In this document: piece by piece, positions 47,837 through 57,437 of the stretch | Numbering within the stretch: the stretch's first letter is position 1 | How the letters are laid out: each line of letters opens with the position of its first letter | Assembly: GCA_020635135.1 (NCBI GenBank) | Contig: JACKAJ010000018.1 | Span: forward strand, 2,567 to 66,566 | DNA from: Halobacteriovoraceae bacterium | GTDB lineage: Bacteria > Bdellovibrionota > Bacteriovoracia > Bacteriovoracales > Bacteriovoracaceae | Direction: 5' to 3' | DNA length: 64,000 bases | The notes under the pieces: generated by a model | Databases searched by the model: none | What the model was told of the DNA's origin: nothing | Seen by the model: only the letters and a program-made list of their open reading frames with translations | Made by a program: the position numbers and the translations under genes

Positions 47837-49162
47837 ATGCAAAAACTAAACAAATCTCCTTATAAAGGGTGTCGGGACTTTTTCCCACCGCACAAAAGAG
47901 CGCGCGATTACCTCTTCGCCCACATGGAAGAGACAGCTGAGCTTTACGCCTATGAACCTTATGACGGTCCGCTTCTCGAAAGTGTCGATCTCTACAAGGC
48001 GAAGTCTGGGGAAGAACTCATCAATGAGCAAATATATTCCTTCGAAGATCGGGGTGAGCGCTTTGTCGCTATTCGCCCTGAAATGACTCCTACCCTGGCT
48101 CGAATGATCGCCAGTTCTCATCGTGAACTTCCTAAGCCCATTCGTTGGTACAGCATTCCCAATCTCATGCGCTATGAAAAACCTCAACGGGGTCGGCTTC
48201 GCGAGCATTGGCAATTTAATTGCGATATTTTTGGAGCACCAGAAAATTTAGGTGAACTTGAAATTCTTTGTGTTGCTAAAGATCTCATGAATAGTTTGGG
48301 TGCCAATCACAGTCACTTTGAAATCCTCATTAATGATAGAAGAATTGTGAGTGGCTTTTTTGATAAAGTCTTAAAAATTACTGATCACGATAAAAGTTAT
48401 GCTCTTTATAAAGTGATCGACAAATCAAAGAAAGTCGATAAGCCTGCTTTGATGAGTATGATTGAGAAATCTGCCAACAAAGATCAAGAAGCTAAACTTC
48501 TTGAGTATCTCGATCTCAAAAGTTTTTCTGATCTTAAAAAATTCGCTACCAAATACGACTTGGCCAAGGAACTTGCTTCACTCAATAAATTGCTTGAACT
48601 GTCTCAGCACTCTCACCTTGCAGAGTATTTAAAGTACGACCCCACCATCGTTCGTGGTCTCGACTACTATACAGGCATTGTGTTTGAAATTTTCGATAAG
48701 CATCCCGATAACAAGAGGGCTATTTGTGGTGGTGGTGCCTATGCCAATCTCTTACAAATTTTTAGCGAAGAGCCACTTCCTGGAGTGGGCTTTGGACTGG
48801 GCGATGTGACCTTAAGTGATTTTTTGGAAACCCATGGTCTCATGCCTGATTTTTCAAAACCAGAAACGACAGTCCTGGTAACTTTCCAAACCGACAAAGC
48901 TTTAGAAGCAGCTATCGAAGTCTCGCAAAGTCTAAGAGAGCTGGGAATCTCATGTGAAACTCACTTGAGTTCCCTCAAGCCGAAAAAAGTTTTTCAAATC
49001 ACTGAAAAAAAAGGAAATGCTTTTGCTGTTTTTATAGGTGAAGAAGAATTACAAAATAAAGTTTTTAAAATAAAGAATCTTGAAGAAAGAAAAGAGTGGG
49101 AAATTGCACTCGATAAGATAGATGAAGAATTCCTAGAAGAGGTTTTTGAATATGGATCGTGA
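47837..49162 (+). CDS. hisS: Histidyl-tRNA synthetase
   Basis: Class II motifs: AIRPEMTPTLARM, MRYEKPQRGRLREHWQ and CGGGAYANL. Confidence 0.9.
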   Translation: MQKLNKSPYKGCRDFFPPHKRARDYLFAHMEETAELYAYEPYDGPLLESVDLYKAKSGEELINEQIYSFEDRGERFVAIRPEMTPTLARMIASSHRELPKPIRWYSIPNLMRYEKPQRGRLREHWQFNCDIFGAPENLGELEILCVAKDLMNSLGANHSHFEILINDRRIVSGFFDKVLKITDHDKSYALYKVIDKSKKVDKPALMSMIEKSANKDQEAKLLEYLDLKSFSDLKKFATKYDLAKELASLNKLLELSQHSHLAEYLKYDPTIVRGLDYYTGIVFEIFDKHPDNKRAICGGGAYANLLQIFSEEPLPGVGFGLGDVTLSDFLETHGLMPDFSKPETTVLVTFQTDKALEAAIEVSQSLRELGISCETHLSSLKPKKVFQITEKKGNAFAVFIGEEELQNKVFKIKNLEERKEWEIALDKIDEEFLEEVFEYGS

Positions 49163-51809
49163 AATAGAAAAGAATTACACTCCAGAAAACATTGAAACAA
49201 AATGGTACGATAGATGGGAAAAAGATAAATGTTTTTCTCCCGATCTTTCAAAAAGAGAAGTCTTTTCAATTGTCATGCCTCCTCCCAACGTTACCGGAAA
49301 ACTTCATATGGGCCATGCCCTCGATAATACATGCCAAGACATTGTTGTTCGCCACAAAAGAATGAGTGGCTACAACACCCTCTGGATACCAGGCGCTGAC
49401 CACGCCGGAATTGCGACTCAATCGGTTGTTGAAAAACGCCTTTACAAAGAAGAAAAAAAGACAAAGCACGATCTTGGAAGAGAAGAATTTCTCAAAAGAG
49501 TTTGGGCCTGGAAAGAAGAGTATGCCAACACCATTTTTAGCCAACTCAAAAAAATTGGAGCTAGTTGCGATTGGGATTACTATACCTTTACGATGGATGA
49601 AGGTCCTAACCGTGCTGTTCGAAAAGTTTTCACACAACTTTATAATGAAGGACTTATTTACCAAGAAGAAAAAATTATTAATTGGGACACAGTCCTTCAA
49701 TCAGCCATTAGTGATGCCGAAGTTGAACACAAGGAAGTTAAAGGAAAATTTTATACTCTCCACTATAAAGTCGTCGATAGCGATGAAGTTCTCAATATCG
49801 CTACCACTCGTCCAGAAACACTTTTTGGCGATACTGCCGTTGCCGTTAATCCTAAAGACGAGCGCTTCAAGCATCTCATAGGAAAAGAAGCTATAGTTCC
49901 TCTTTGTGAGAGAACTGTTCCAATAATTGCTGACGAACACGTTGATCTTGAGATGGGAACAGGGTGTTTAAAGGTTACTCCCGGTCACGATTTTAATGAC
50001 TTTGAAATAGGAAAACGCCACGACCTTCCTATTATCAATATCCTCAATAATGATGGAACTCTCAACGATAACGCTAAACCTGTTCAAGGATTGAATGCCC
50101 TGGAAGCGAGAAAGAAAACCATTGCCCTTCTTGAAGAAAGCGAACAACTCGTCGATGTTAAGGATCACAAGCACCAAGTGGCTCACGGAGAGCGCTCTGA
50201 TTCAATTATTGAACCTAAAGTGAGTAAGCAGTGGTTTCTCAATGTTCAAAAAATGGCTGAAATTGCTGTGAAATCTGTTAAAGATGGAAAGATGAATTTT
50301 GTGCCTAAGCAGTGGGAAAATACTTTTTTTAGTTGGCTCAATGAACCCCGCGATTGGTGTTTATCTCGTCAACTCTGGTGGGGACATCGCATCCCTATTT
50401 ACACCTGCGATAGTTGCCATCACGTTTTTGCATCTGAATTCGAACCTCAGAATTGCCCAAAGTGTTTGGAGTCAAAACTTCTCCAAGACCCCGACGTTTT
50501 AGACACTTGGTTTAGCTCTGGACTTTGGCCAATGAGTACTCTTGGATGGCCAGATGAAAAAGTCATGGAGAAAAAATATTTTGATATCTTTTTCCCTAAT
50601 ACGCTTTTAGTAACCGGCTTTGATATTATATTCTTCTGGGTTGCTCGGATGAGCATGATGAGCTTGCACTTTATGAAGTGCCCTCCTTTTAGCGAAGTTT
50701 ATATCCACGGGATCGTCCGCGATAAACAGGGCCGAAAAATGAGTAAGTCCCTCGGTAATGGGATCGACCCTATCGAAGTTATTGATCAATACGGCTGTGA
50801 TGCCATGAGATTCACTCTCGCCTCTGGAAGTGGTTACAATCGAGGTCTCAATCTCGATCCTGCCCAAATTGAATCGTCACGTAACTTTATGAACAAAATT
50901 TGGAACGTTTTTCGCTTTATTTCTCCTTTTCTTAAGGGAACAAATCCTAAGTTTAATCTCAATGCCAATTTAAAAAAACTTGATCTTGAAGAGAAATGGA
51001 TTGTTCAAGAGCTCAATGAGACAGCCAAGAAAATGAATATATTCCTAGGTGAATACCGCTTCGATGAAGCTTCAAGCACGATTTACAGCTTTATTTACGA
51101 TAAATTCTGTTCTTGGTTTATTGAACTCTCAAAACCTGTTCTCTATGGTAATGACAGCGATAAAATCGGTTTCCGCTCGGATCTTTTGCGATTTCTCTTC
51201 CAAGAAATTCTTAAGCTTTTACACCCTATTTCTCCATTTATCACAGAAGAGATTTGGTCATTTATCAACAAGAATGAATTGCTCATAACTCAAAATTACC
51301 CTCGATACAATTCTCAAATAACCTTTGAAAAAGAATGCGAGGCCATGAATGAGTTCATTGATATTGTGACTAAGATTCGAAATCTCCGCGCTTCTGTCAA
51401 TCTCAAGCCTAAAGACAATATTGAAGTCCATTTCTTTACTGATAATAAGAAAGCAGCCAAGTTTCTGTTTGAATACCGCTCTTATTTAAAACTTCTCGCA
51501 AAAGTTGAAAAGGGCAATATTAACGAAAAATCGAAAGCGAGACCCACTCAATCGATCATGAGCGCCACGGCTGATGTGGAAATCTTTATTCCTGTTGCTG
51601 ATCTTATTGATATCGACACAGAAATAGCTCGTTTGAAGAAGCAAATCAACAAAATGATTGTCGAGCGTGATAAAAGCCAAAAGAAACTAGAAAATCCAAG
51701 TTTTATTGAAAAAGCTCCCGATGATGTTGTCAGTGAAGTTAAGCAAAAAGTGAAAAACTTTAATAACCAGATCAGCTCACTTGAGATGAACCTGGAAAAC
51801 CTACAATAA
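49152..51809 (+). CDS. valS: Valyl-tRNA synthetase
   Basis: HIGH-type PPPNVTGKLHMGHA, KMSKS, and a C-terminal coiled-coil. I prefer the ATG at 49152 over the TTG at 49146. It overlaps the hisS 3' end. Confidence 0.95.
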   Translation: MDREIEKNYTPENIETKWYDRWEKDKCFSPDLSKREVFSIVMPPPNVTGKLHMGHALDNTCQDIVVRHKRMSGYNTLWIPGADHAGIATQSVVEKRLYKEEKKTKHDLGREEFLKRVWAWKEEYANTIFSQLKKIGASCDWDYYTFTMDEGPNRAVRKVFTQLYNEGLIYQEEKIINWDTVLQSAISDAEVEHKEVKGKFYTLHYKVVDSDEVLNIATTRPETLFGDTAVAVNPKDERFKHLIGKEAIVPLCERTVPIIADEHVDLEMGTGCLKVTPGHDFNDFEIGKRHDLPIINILNNDGTLNDNAKPVQGLNALEARKKTIALLEESEQLVDVKDHKHQVAHGERSDSIIEPKVSKQWFLNVQKMAEIAVKSVKDGKMNFVPKQWENTFFSWLNEPRDWCLSRQLWWGHRIPIYTCDSCHHVFASEFEPQNCPKCLESKLLQDPDVLDTWFSSGLWPMSTLGWPDEKVMEKKYFDIFFPNTLLVTGFDIIFFWVARMSMMSLHFMKCPPFSEVYIHGIVRDKQGRKMSKSLGNGIDPIEVIDQYGCDAMRFTLASGSGYNRGLNLDPAQIESSRNFMNKIWNVFRFISPFLKGTNPKFNLNANLKKLDLEEKWIVQELNETAKKMNIFLGEYRFDEASSTIYSFIYDKFCSWFIELSKPVLYGNDSDKIGFRSDLLRFLFQEILKLLHPISPFITEEIWSFINKNELLITQNYPRYNSQITFEKECEAMNEFIDIVTKIRNLRASVNLKPKDNIEVHFFTDNKKAAKFLFEYRSYLKLLAKVEKGNINEKSKARPTQSIMSATADVEIFIPVADLIDIDTEIARLKKQINKMIVERDKSQKKLENPSFIEKAPDDVVSEVKQKVKNFNNQISSLEMNLENLQ

Positions 51810-51811
51810 AT

Positions 51812-52375
51812 TTATATATCTGCAAATATTTGAACAGAGTGCTCTTTTTGAGTTAAGAGAGCATTCTTATTTTTCTTATCTTTTTCTTTCTTATCATTAT
51901 GACGGTTGCTTTTATCCGCTAAATGAACAACCAGGGTAAATACTTCTATTTCTTCAGTATCGAGATTTTTAAGTTCAAACTCCAGCCATTGATCTTCGCT
52001 GGTATCTGGATAAAAGAGATAGGAATAGAGATGAGAATTGAGTGGAGTTAATTCCCCTAAAACCACTTGGTTTTCTTTCTTTTTGTCAAAGAAAACAACA
52101 TCCGTGACAATATAGTCATCTTCTTCAATTTTAAAAATGTCCGTGATATTGATATCGATGACTTCGTCTTGAAAAGTCACAATGGTCTTTTTCTTAGAAT
52201 ATGTTCGTGATTTTTCTTCTTCATCATCACTGGTATAAATAATGATATTGCCAAGATTTTGATTATCGAGAACTTCATCAGGCGGAAGAGCTGTGGCAAC
52301 ACCTTTTTCTTCGTTACAGCCGAAAAAGCTCGTTAAAAGGAGTAAAAATACAATAATTGTGATTCTAATTGCCAT
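51812..52375 (-). CDS. Lipoprotein of unknown function
   Basis: Lipobox MAIRITIIVFLLLLTSFFG|C. It is convergent with valS. Confidence 0.55.
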   Translation of the reverse strand: MAIRITIIVFLLLLTSFFGCNEEKGVATALPPDEVLDNQNLGNIIIYTSDDEEEKSRTYSKKKTIVTFQDEVIDINITDIFKIEEDDYIVTDVVFFDKKKENQVVLGELTPLNSHLYSYLFYPDTSEDQWLEFELKNLDTEEIEVFTLVVHLADKSNRHNDKKEKDKKNKNALLTQKEHSVQIFADI

Positions 52376-52525
52376 ACCCTTGTTTCCCCGAAATGTCTTC
52401 TATACGCCCGTAACTACAAGAATAGTTAAAAGAGAAGGATAAAAGGAAAAATTCGCTAAAAGCTTATCTATTTCAATAATTTAGCGATTGTTTGGAGAAT
52501 GTAAATTAAAATTTAACTATGTTAA

Positions 52526-52549
52526 TTGCGCCAACAGAAGTTGGCGCAA
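52526..52549. terminator. 10-bp perfect hairpin just downstream of the 562-aa gene (possible terminator)
   Basis: TTGCGCCAAC-AGAA-GTTGGCGCAA. The U-tract is better on the + strand (GGTATTTTCTT) than on the minus strand, so the function is uncertain. Confidence 0.35.
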
Positions 52550-52558
52550 GGTATTTTC

Positions 52559-54247
52559 TTAATAACGGCTTATTTCTTCTACGAGATTTGTCTTATGATT
52601 GTACTTGATTACAAACTGCGTTTCTTTTTCAGTGATCAAAGTTTTCAAACTAAAGTGATACTCAAAAGTCGAATCGTTTGGATCTTTATCCTGGCAGTCA
52701 TTAAAGTGACTTCCTTCAACATCCACCATTTCTCCGTCCATGCTTTTTTCATAGATATCAACTACGACTTGTTTAAGATTTTCTTTTTTCGAATCATAGA
52801 GTAGTTTTCCTGACGGCATCATATTGTAACCCTGGAAAAGTGCTGCTTCTGCTCCGGCTACATGATCGATAATCTCTATTCTATCAACCACATTGTCGAT
52901 AATATCATAGTTTATCTTATAGGCGACTCGCCCAACGAGAGCTTTGAGTTCTTCGCCACTTTCTATCTTTTGTGTACTACAATCGAGTTTTTCAAAATAA
53001 ACATTTTTACTTAAATTGATCCCATCTTCAAGCATCTTTCCTTTGCTCGCGTAAAAATAGAACTGAGGTTTTCCAAGGTGCCCACGACACAATTCTGCTT
53101 CAATTCTTTTTTTCTCTCCCACTATATCCACTTTAAGTTTTGAGCTTGGAAGGTCTTTAAAATTATCGACTTTAAAATTTGTTAATAAACTTTCCGGAAG
53201 TGGGAATACACTTTTCAAGATGTGTATCGCCTCATTTTCTAAAAACATTGAGTTCTCAAGTTCTGCAATTTTTTGATCGAGTTCACCATTGATATACTTA
53301 ACAATAATGTCTTTATACTTCATAACTTTAATAACGTGACACTCGCGAACTGACCTTTCTCTACCATAACATGAAAGAGGTTTGTCATTGCCATTATACT
53401 GACAAATTGTCGTATCCATCAGAGACTGCATATACTTGTCTCCTTTGGCGTAGCGATTATTTCTCAAATAATTATTATAGCAAAAGCGACCATCACTCTG
53501 CTTTTTGAAATAAGAATTCATGTATGTCTTTAAAAGAATTCCTCCAAAGATAATAGAAACACCTGGTTTTTCTTTTAATTGAGGACGAATTTTATCCCAA
53601 TGAGTCCATTTATAATCTCCTAAATTAATCCCCCCCAAAAGATTGTAGTAAATTGGAGTTAGTTTAAATGCAGAGTCTTGAAATTCTTTTCTAAATCTTT
53701 CAACTATATCAAAATATTTAGTTCTGAAATATTCAACCGCATCGGCATCAGCATCATATTCAGGCATTTTTTCACCTGAATTAGTAGTGTTCCATTTTAG
53801 TATTGTAACTCCCAACTGATCGAGAACTTCACCGACCCCAGCTTTTGTCATTTGAGTATAACCGACGTCAGAGTCTCGACTATCTGGACGGCTATCAGTC
53901 CAACGATCAAAAAGAGATTCTTGTTGAATTAGAGCTGTATAAATAATGACCGGAATTTTTAATTCATCTGTAACAATAATCAAAGCCTTGGCAAGATCTT
54001 GAGCTTCTTTTCTTATCTCTGAATCTGATTTTTTCCCATATGAAAATCGTCGTGGACTATTCTTTTTTACCGATTGCATCTTATCAAAAATATAGGAACT
54101 AAGAATCTCCTCATTGACAGAAGCTCCCAAATAACGAAAATCAGTATCTAAGTACTTAAGCCCGCGAAGACCATCTTCTTCGGCAAAACTTACGGTAAAA
54201 TTCAAACTTACCGTTAGCAAAAAGATTGAAAAACATTTTCTAAACAT
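52559..54247 (-). CDS. Secreted protein with lytic-transglycosylase (SLT-like) catalytic motif and a large unknown C-terminal region
   Basis: Signal MFRKCFSIFLLTVSLNFTVSFA|E. ALIQQESLFDRW....GYTQMT resembles the SLT E-S ... GLMQ signature. The remaining ~400 aa are unassigned. Confidence 0.6.
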   Translation of the reverse strand: MFRKCFSIFLLTVSLNFTVSFAEEDGLRGLKYLDTDFRYLGASVNEEILSSYIFDKMQSVKKNSPRRFSYGKKSDSEIRKEAQDLAKALIIVTDELKIPVIIYTALIQQESLFDRWTDSRPDSRDSDVGYTQMTKAGVGEVLDQLGVTILKWNTTNSGEKMPEYDADADAVEYFRTKYFDIVERFRKEFQDSAFKLTPIYYNLLGGINLGDYKWTHWDKIRPQLKEKPGVSIIFGGILLKTYMNSYFKKQSDGRFCYNNYLRNNRYAKGDKYMQSLMDTTICQYNGNDKPLSCYGRERSVRECHVIKVMKYKDIIVKYINGELDQKIAELENSMFLENEAIHILKSVFPLPESLLTNFKVDNFKDLPSSKLKVDIVGEKKRIEAELCRGHLGKPQFYFYASKGKMLEDGINLSKNVYFEKLDCSTQKIESGEELKALVGRVAYKINYDIIDNVVDRIEIIDHVAGAEAALFQGYNMMPSGKLLYDSKKENLKQVVVDIYEKSMDGEMVDVEGSHFNDCQDKDPNDSTFEYHFSLKTLITEKETQFVIKYNHKTNLVEEISRY

Positions 54248-54368
54248 AATAGCCTGCTCCTGAAAAAAAGCCCTTTAATAAACTTAGTATCCCTATTATC
54301 AGCGATTTAAACAGCAGATTCCTCCCTTTTTTGCATTCATGAAATAATGGGAAAAAACTGTAAAAAGA

Positions 54369-57300
54369 TTAGACAGCCTGTTTTTTTAGGGCCCTCTTTT
54401 GGAGAAAAAGAGCGTAGACATAGTAGCTCGCCGGCACAAAAAGAAGAGTAATGGTCGTTGAAAAAAGTAATCCATAGGCAAAACTAATGGCCATTGGCTT
54501 TAAAAAAGGATCTCCTCCTGGCATATGGGCAATGGGAAGTAGACCCGCGACCGTCGTGAAAGTGGTAAGAATAACAGGACGAAATCGTGATAGACAAGCA
54601 CCTATAATTGCTGACTTCAAATCTTGAGCCTCTGTAATTTTCTTATTAATAAATGAAACCAAAACAATCGAATCGTTAACCACGACACCAATGAGACCAA
54701 TAATCCCCATCAAGGCCATGAATCCAATGGGCAGCCCCATAATAAGAAAAATGGCAACTACACCGATCATCCCAAAAGGAATTGATGACATAATAATAAG
54801 TGGTTGTAAGAGAGATCCAAACATTGCCACTAATATAATAAATATAAGAAAAAGTGCAATGATCCCAGCCTTGGCAAGTCTTCCTACGGATTCGGTGGTA
54901 TCTTTATTTTCACCAGTCAGTTGATAAGTGATTTCAGGGTATTTTTCCAGGAACTTATCCATAAATTTTTTCACGTTTTCATTCACTTTAAGGGCCGTGG
55001 TGTGGACTTTATCAATTTCGGCAGAAATGGAGATCGTCCTTTTTCTTTCAAAACGTCTAATAACGTATGCCCCTTTTTGCTCTTTGATGTCAGCAACTTG
55101 AGAGAGCTTAATTCTTCTTCCTAATTTATTACTAATATAAAGGTTTTCGAGAGTTTCTCTCTGAGAACGCGCTTCTTTATTAAGCCGAACAATGACATCC
55201 ACATCTTCATCTGATTTTCTAATCTCAGCGACAATTTGTCCTTCAAATGAACGCCGAGCTTCAATGGCAATATCATAATTAGTAAGCCCTAATCTTCTCG
55301 CTTCGTCTTCTTTGACATCGATGAGAAGTTGCTTTTTTCCTTCTTCGTAATCAATTTCAGTAAGACTCACTCCTTCAAATTGAGAGAGAGACTCATCAAT
55401 TTCGTGAGCAGCTTGTTCTAGATCTTTCAAGCTTTCACCAGAAATTTCAATATTCACTGGTTTTCCTCTCGGTGGCCCATTTTGAGCGCGATCCAATGAA
55501 ACTTCGTAATCGGGCAAAAGCCCATTGGCTTCTTTATTAATTGAGTTAATAATCTCATCGACTCCACGGTCTCTTTCTGAATCATCTTTCAAGTAAATAA
55601 TGATCATCCCATATTGGTCGCCAACTTTAGGCGTTCCCCCTCGAGAATATTGGTTACCCACAATACTTCTGAGAGCGTCTAATTCATTTTCTTTTACTGA
55701 CTTCAAAATTGCTTGCTCGGCTATCGAGATGGCCTTGGCAGTTTCTTCAAAAGGCGTTCCTACTTTTCCTTTAACCTTATAAAAGAGGACTGTGACATCA
55801 TCATCTGGAAAGAGTTCGAATTTCATCATTTTTGCTGTGACAACTGATCCAAGGAATAAAGCTATAAAACTAAAAATAGTAAGATATTTACGGCTTAAAC
55901 AAAGATGAAGCATTCTTTTATAGTGATTGAGAAGGGGTTGATACCAGCGCGTTTTCTCCATACCTTTTGGATTAATCCGCACAAAATCTGCGAGATGGCT
56001 TGGCAAAATAAAAAAACATTCAAGCCAAGAAGCCGTTAAGCAAATAATAACGACGGCAGGAACGGGCCACAAAAATTTCCCCATAATCCCGCCCATAAAA
56101 AAAAGACAACCAAAGGCAATCATAGTAGTGAGAACAGTGGCCGTCACAGGAGCGATGGTTTCTTCTGAAGATATGATCGCTGCTTTTTTGGGATCCATCC
56201 CTCTTTCAAGATGTTGATAAAAGTTTTCGGCCACGATAATGGAATCATCCACCAACATTCCTAAGACAAGAATCAAACCAAACATCGAAATAAGATTAAC
56301 ACTCATCCCTGCATAATCCATAAACATGAAAGCCACGAGAAATGCCAGAGGTGCACCTAGAGAAGTAATAAATGAAACTCGAAAGTTCATAAATAGGAGC
56401 AAACATGAAAAGACCAGAATCATCCCCATTGTCGCGCTATTGGTGAGAACTCCCAAACGTCTTTTTACGAAGAAAGCATATTCATCCACATAGCGAAAGC
56501 GAAGCCCTTCGTCTTTATGCTTTTTCATATATGTTTCAGTTATCTCTTTAACGTCGTCTGTGAGTTTTAAAACATCGGCTCTTTCTTGTGAGAGCACATC
56601 GAGAACCACTGCATCTTCACCCATGACTTTTTCTGTATAGCTTAAGTCTTCAAAACCAAGTTTTACTTGAGCCACATCTTTAACCCGAACAAAATTACCA
56701 GACGTGTTCGAACGAATGACAATCTTCTCAATATCTTCAGGTTTTTCGAACTCATTTTGAGTTCGGACCATAATATTGCCTTCCGAAGTCTCTATTGCCC
56801 CTGCCGAGAGGTTAATATTGCGATCGCGAATAACTGTTGCGACTTCTTGCAAGCTCATATCATAGGTTTCTAGCTTTTTAGGATCGACTTCGATAATAAA
56901 AGCAAGGTCCCTCTCTCCGTCAATATTGACTTTGGCCACACTTGGATTTTGCTCAAGCAAATCGCGAAGTCTTCTACCATGAAAGCGCCTTGAAGTTTCA
57001 TCTGTTCCAAAAACTCCAATCTTAATAATTGGTCTATTTTTATTTTCCGCTTTATAGATACTTGGATTTTCTGCTTCATCAGGAAGATCGACTTGATCAA
57101 CTCCGCTTCGGACATCTTGCAAGACTTTATCGATATCGTATTCGGGATCAATTTGCAGATCGACTATTGAAAATCCTTCTCCCGACATAGCATTCATTTC
57201 TTCTATCCCACTAATGTCTTGAATTTCTCGTTCCATAGGAATGGAAACAAGTTTTTCCACGTCTTCAGCAGTCGAACCAGGGTAAGTGGTTCGAATGATA

Positions 57301-57437
57301 ATGCGATCAAAACTGACATTCGGGAACGTTTCTTTTTGAAGAGTAAAAATAGAGATAATTCCTGATACAAGAATCAACAGTGAAATTAGATTCACGAGAA
57401 CTGATTTATCAACAAAGTAACGGATCAATTTATTCAT
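54369..57437 (-). CDS. RND efflux transporter permease (AcrB/AcrD/AcrF family)
   Basis: 1022 aa with 12 TM helices and two large periplasmic loops. The N-terminus is typical: MNKLIRYFVDKSVLVNLISLLILVSG. Confidence 0.9.
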   Translation of the reverse strand: MNKLIRYFVDKSVLVNLISLLILVSGIISIFTLQKETFPNVSFDRIIIRTTYPGSTAEDVEKLVSIPMEREIQDISGIEEMNAMSGEGFSIVDLQIDPEYDIDKVLQDVRSGVDQVDLPDEAENPSIYKAENKNRPIIKIGVFGTDETSRRFHGRRLRDLLEQNPSVAKVNIDGERDLAFIIEVDPKKLETYDMSLQEVATVIRDRNINLSAGAIETSEGNIMVRTQNEFEKPEDIEKIVIRSNTSGNFVRVKDVAQVKLGFEDLSYTEKVMGEDAVVLDVLSQERADVLKLTDDVKEITETYMKKHKDEGLRFRYVDEYAFFVKRRLGVLTNSATMGMILVFSCLLLFMNFRVSFITSLGAPLAFLVAFMFMDYAGMSVNLISMFGLILVLGMLVDDSIIVAENFYQHLERGMDPKKAAIISSEETIAPVTATVLTTMIAFGCLFFMGGIMGKFLWPVPAVVIICLTASWLECFFILPSHLADFVRINPKGMEKTRWYQPLLNHYKRMLHLCLSRKYLTIFSFIALFLGSVVTAKMMKFELFPDDDVTVLFYKVKGKVGTPFEETAKAISIAEQAILKSVKENELDALRSIVGNQYSRGGTPKVGDQYGMIIIYLKDDSERDRGVDEIINSINKEANGLLPDYEVSLDRAQNGPPRGKPVNIEISGESLKDLEQAAHEIDESLSQFEGVSLTEIDYEEGKKQLLIDVKEDEARRLGLTNYDIAIEARRSFEGQIVAEIRKSDEDVDVIVRLNKEARSQRETLENLYISNKLGRRIKLSQVADIKEQKGAYVIRRFERKRTISISAEIDKVHTTALKVNENVKKFMDKFLEKYPEITYQLTGENKDTTESVGRLAKAGIIALFLIFIILVAMFGSLLQPLIIMSSIPFGMIGVVAIFLIMGLPIGFMALMGIIGLIGVVVNDSIVLVSFINKKITEAQDLKSAIIGACLSRFRPVILTTFTTVAGLLPIAHMPGGDPFLKPMAISFAYGLLFSTTITLLFVPASYYVYALFLQKRALKKQAV

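Noticed and set aside
49366-49881. 171-aa alternative-frame ORF within valS, and the minus-strand ORFs 49266-49940
   Set aside because: The valS frame carries HIGH/KMSKS and full-length ValRS similarity. The alternative frames have no signals.
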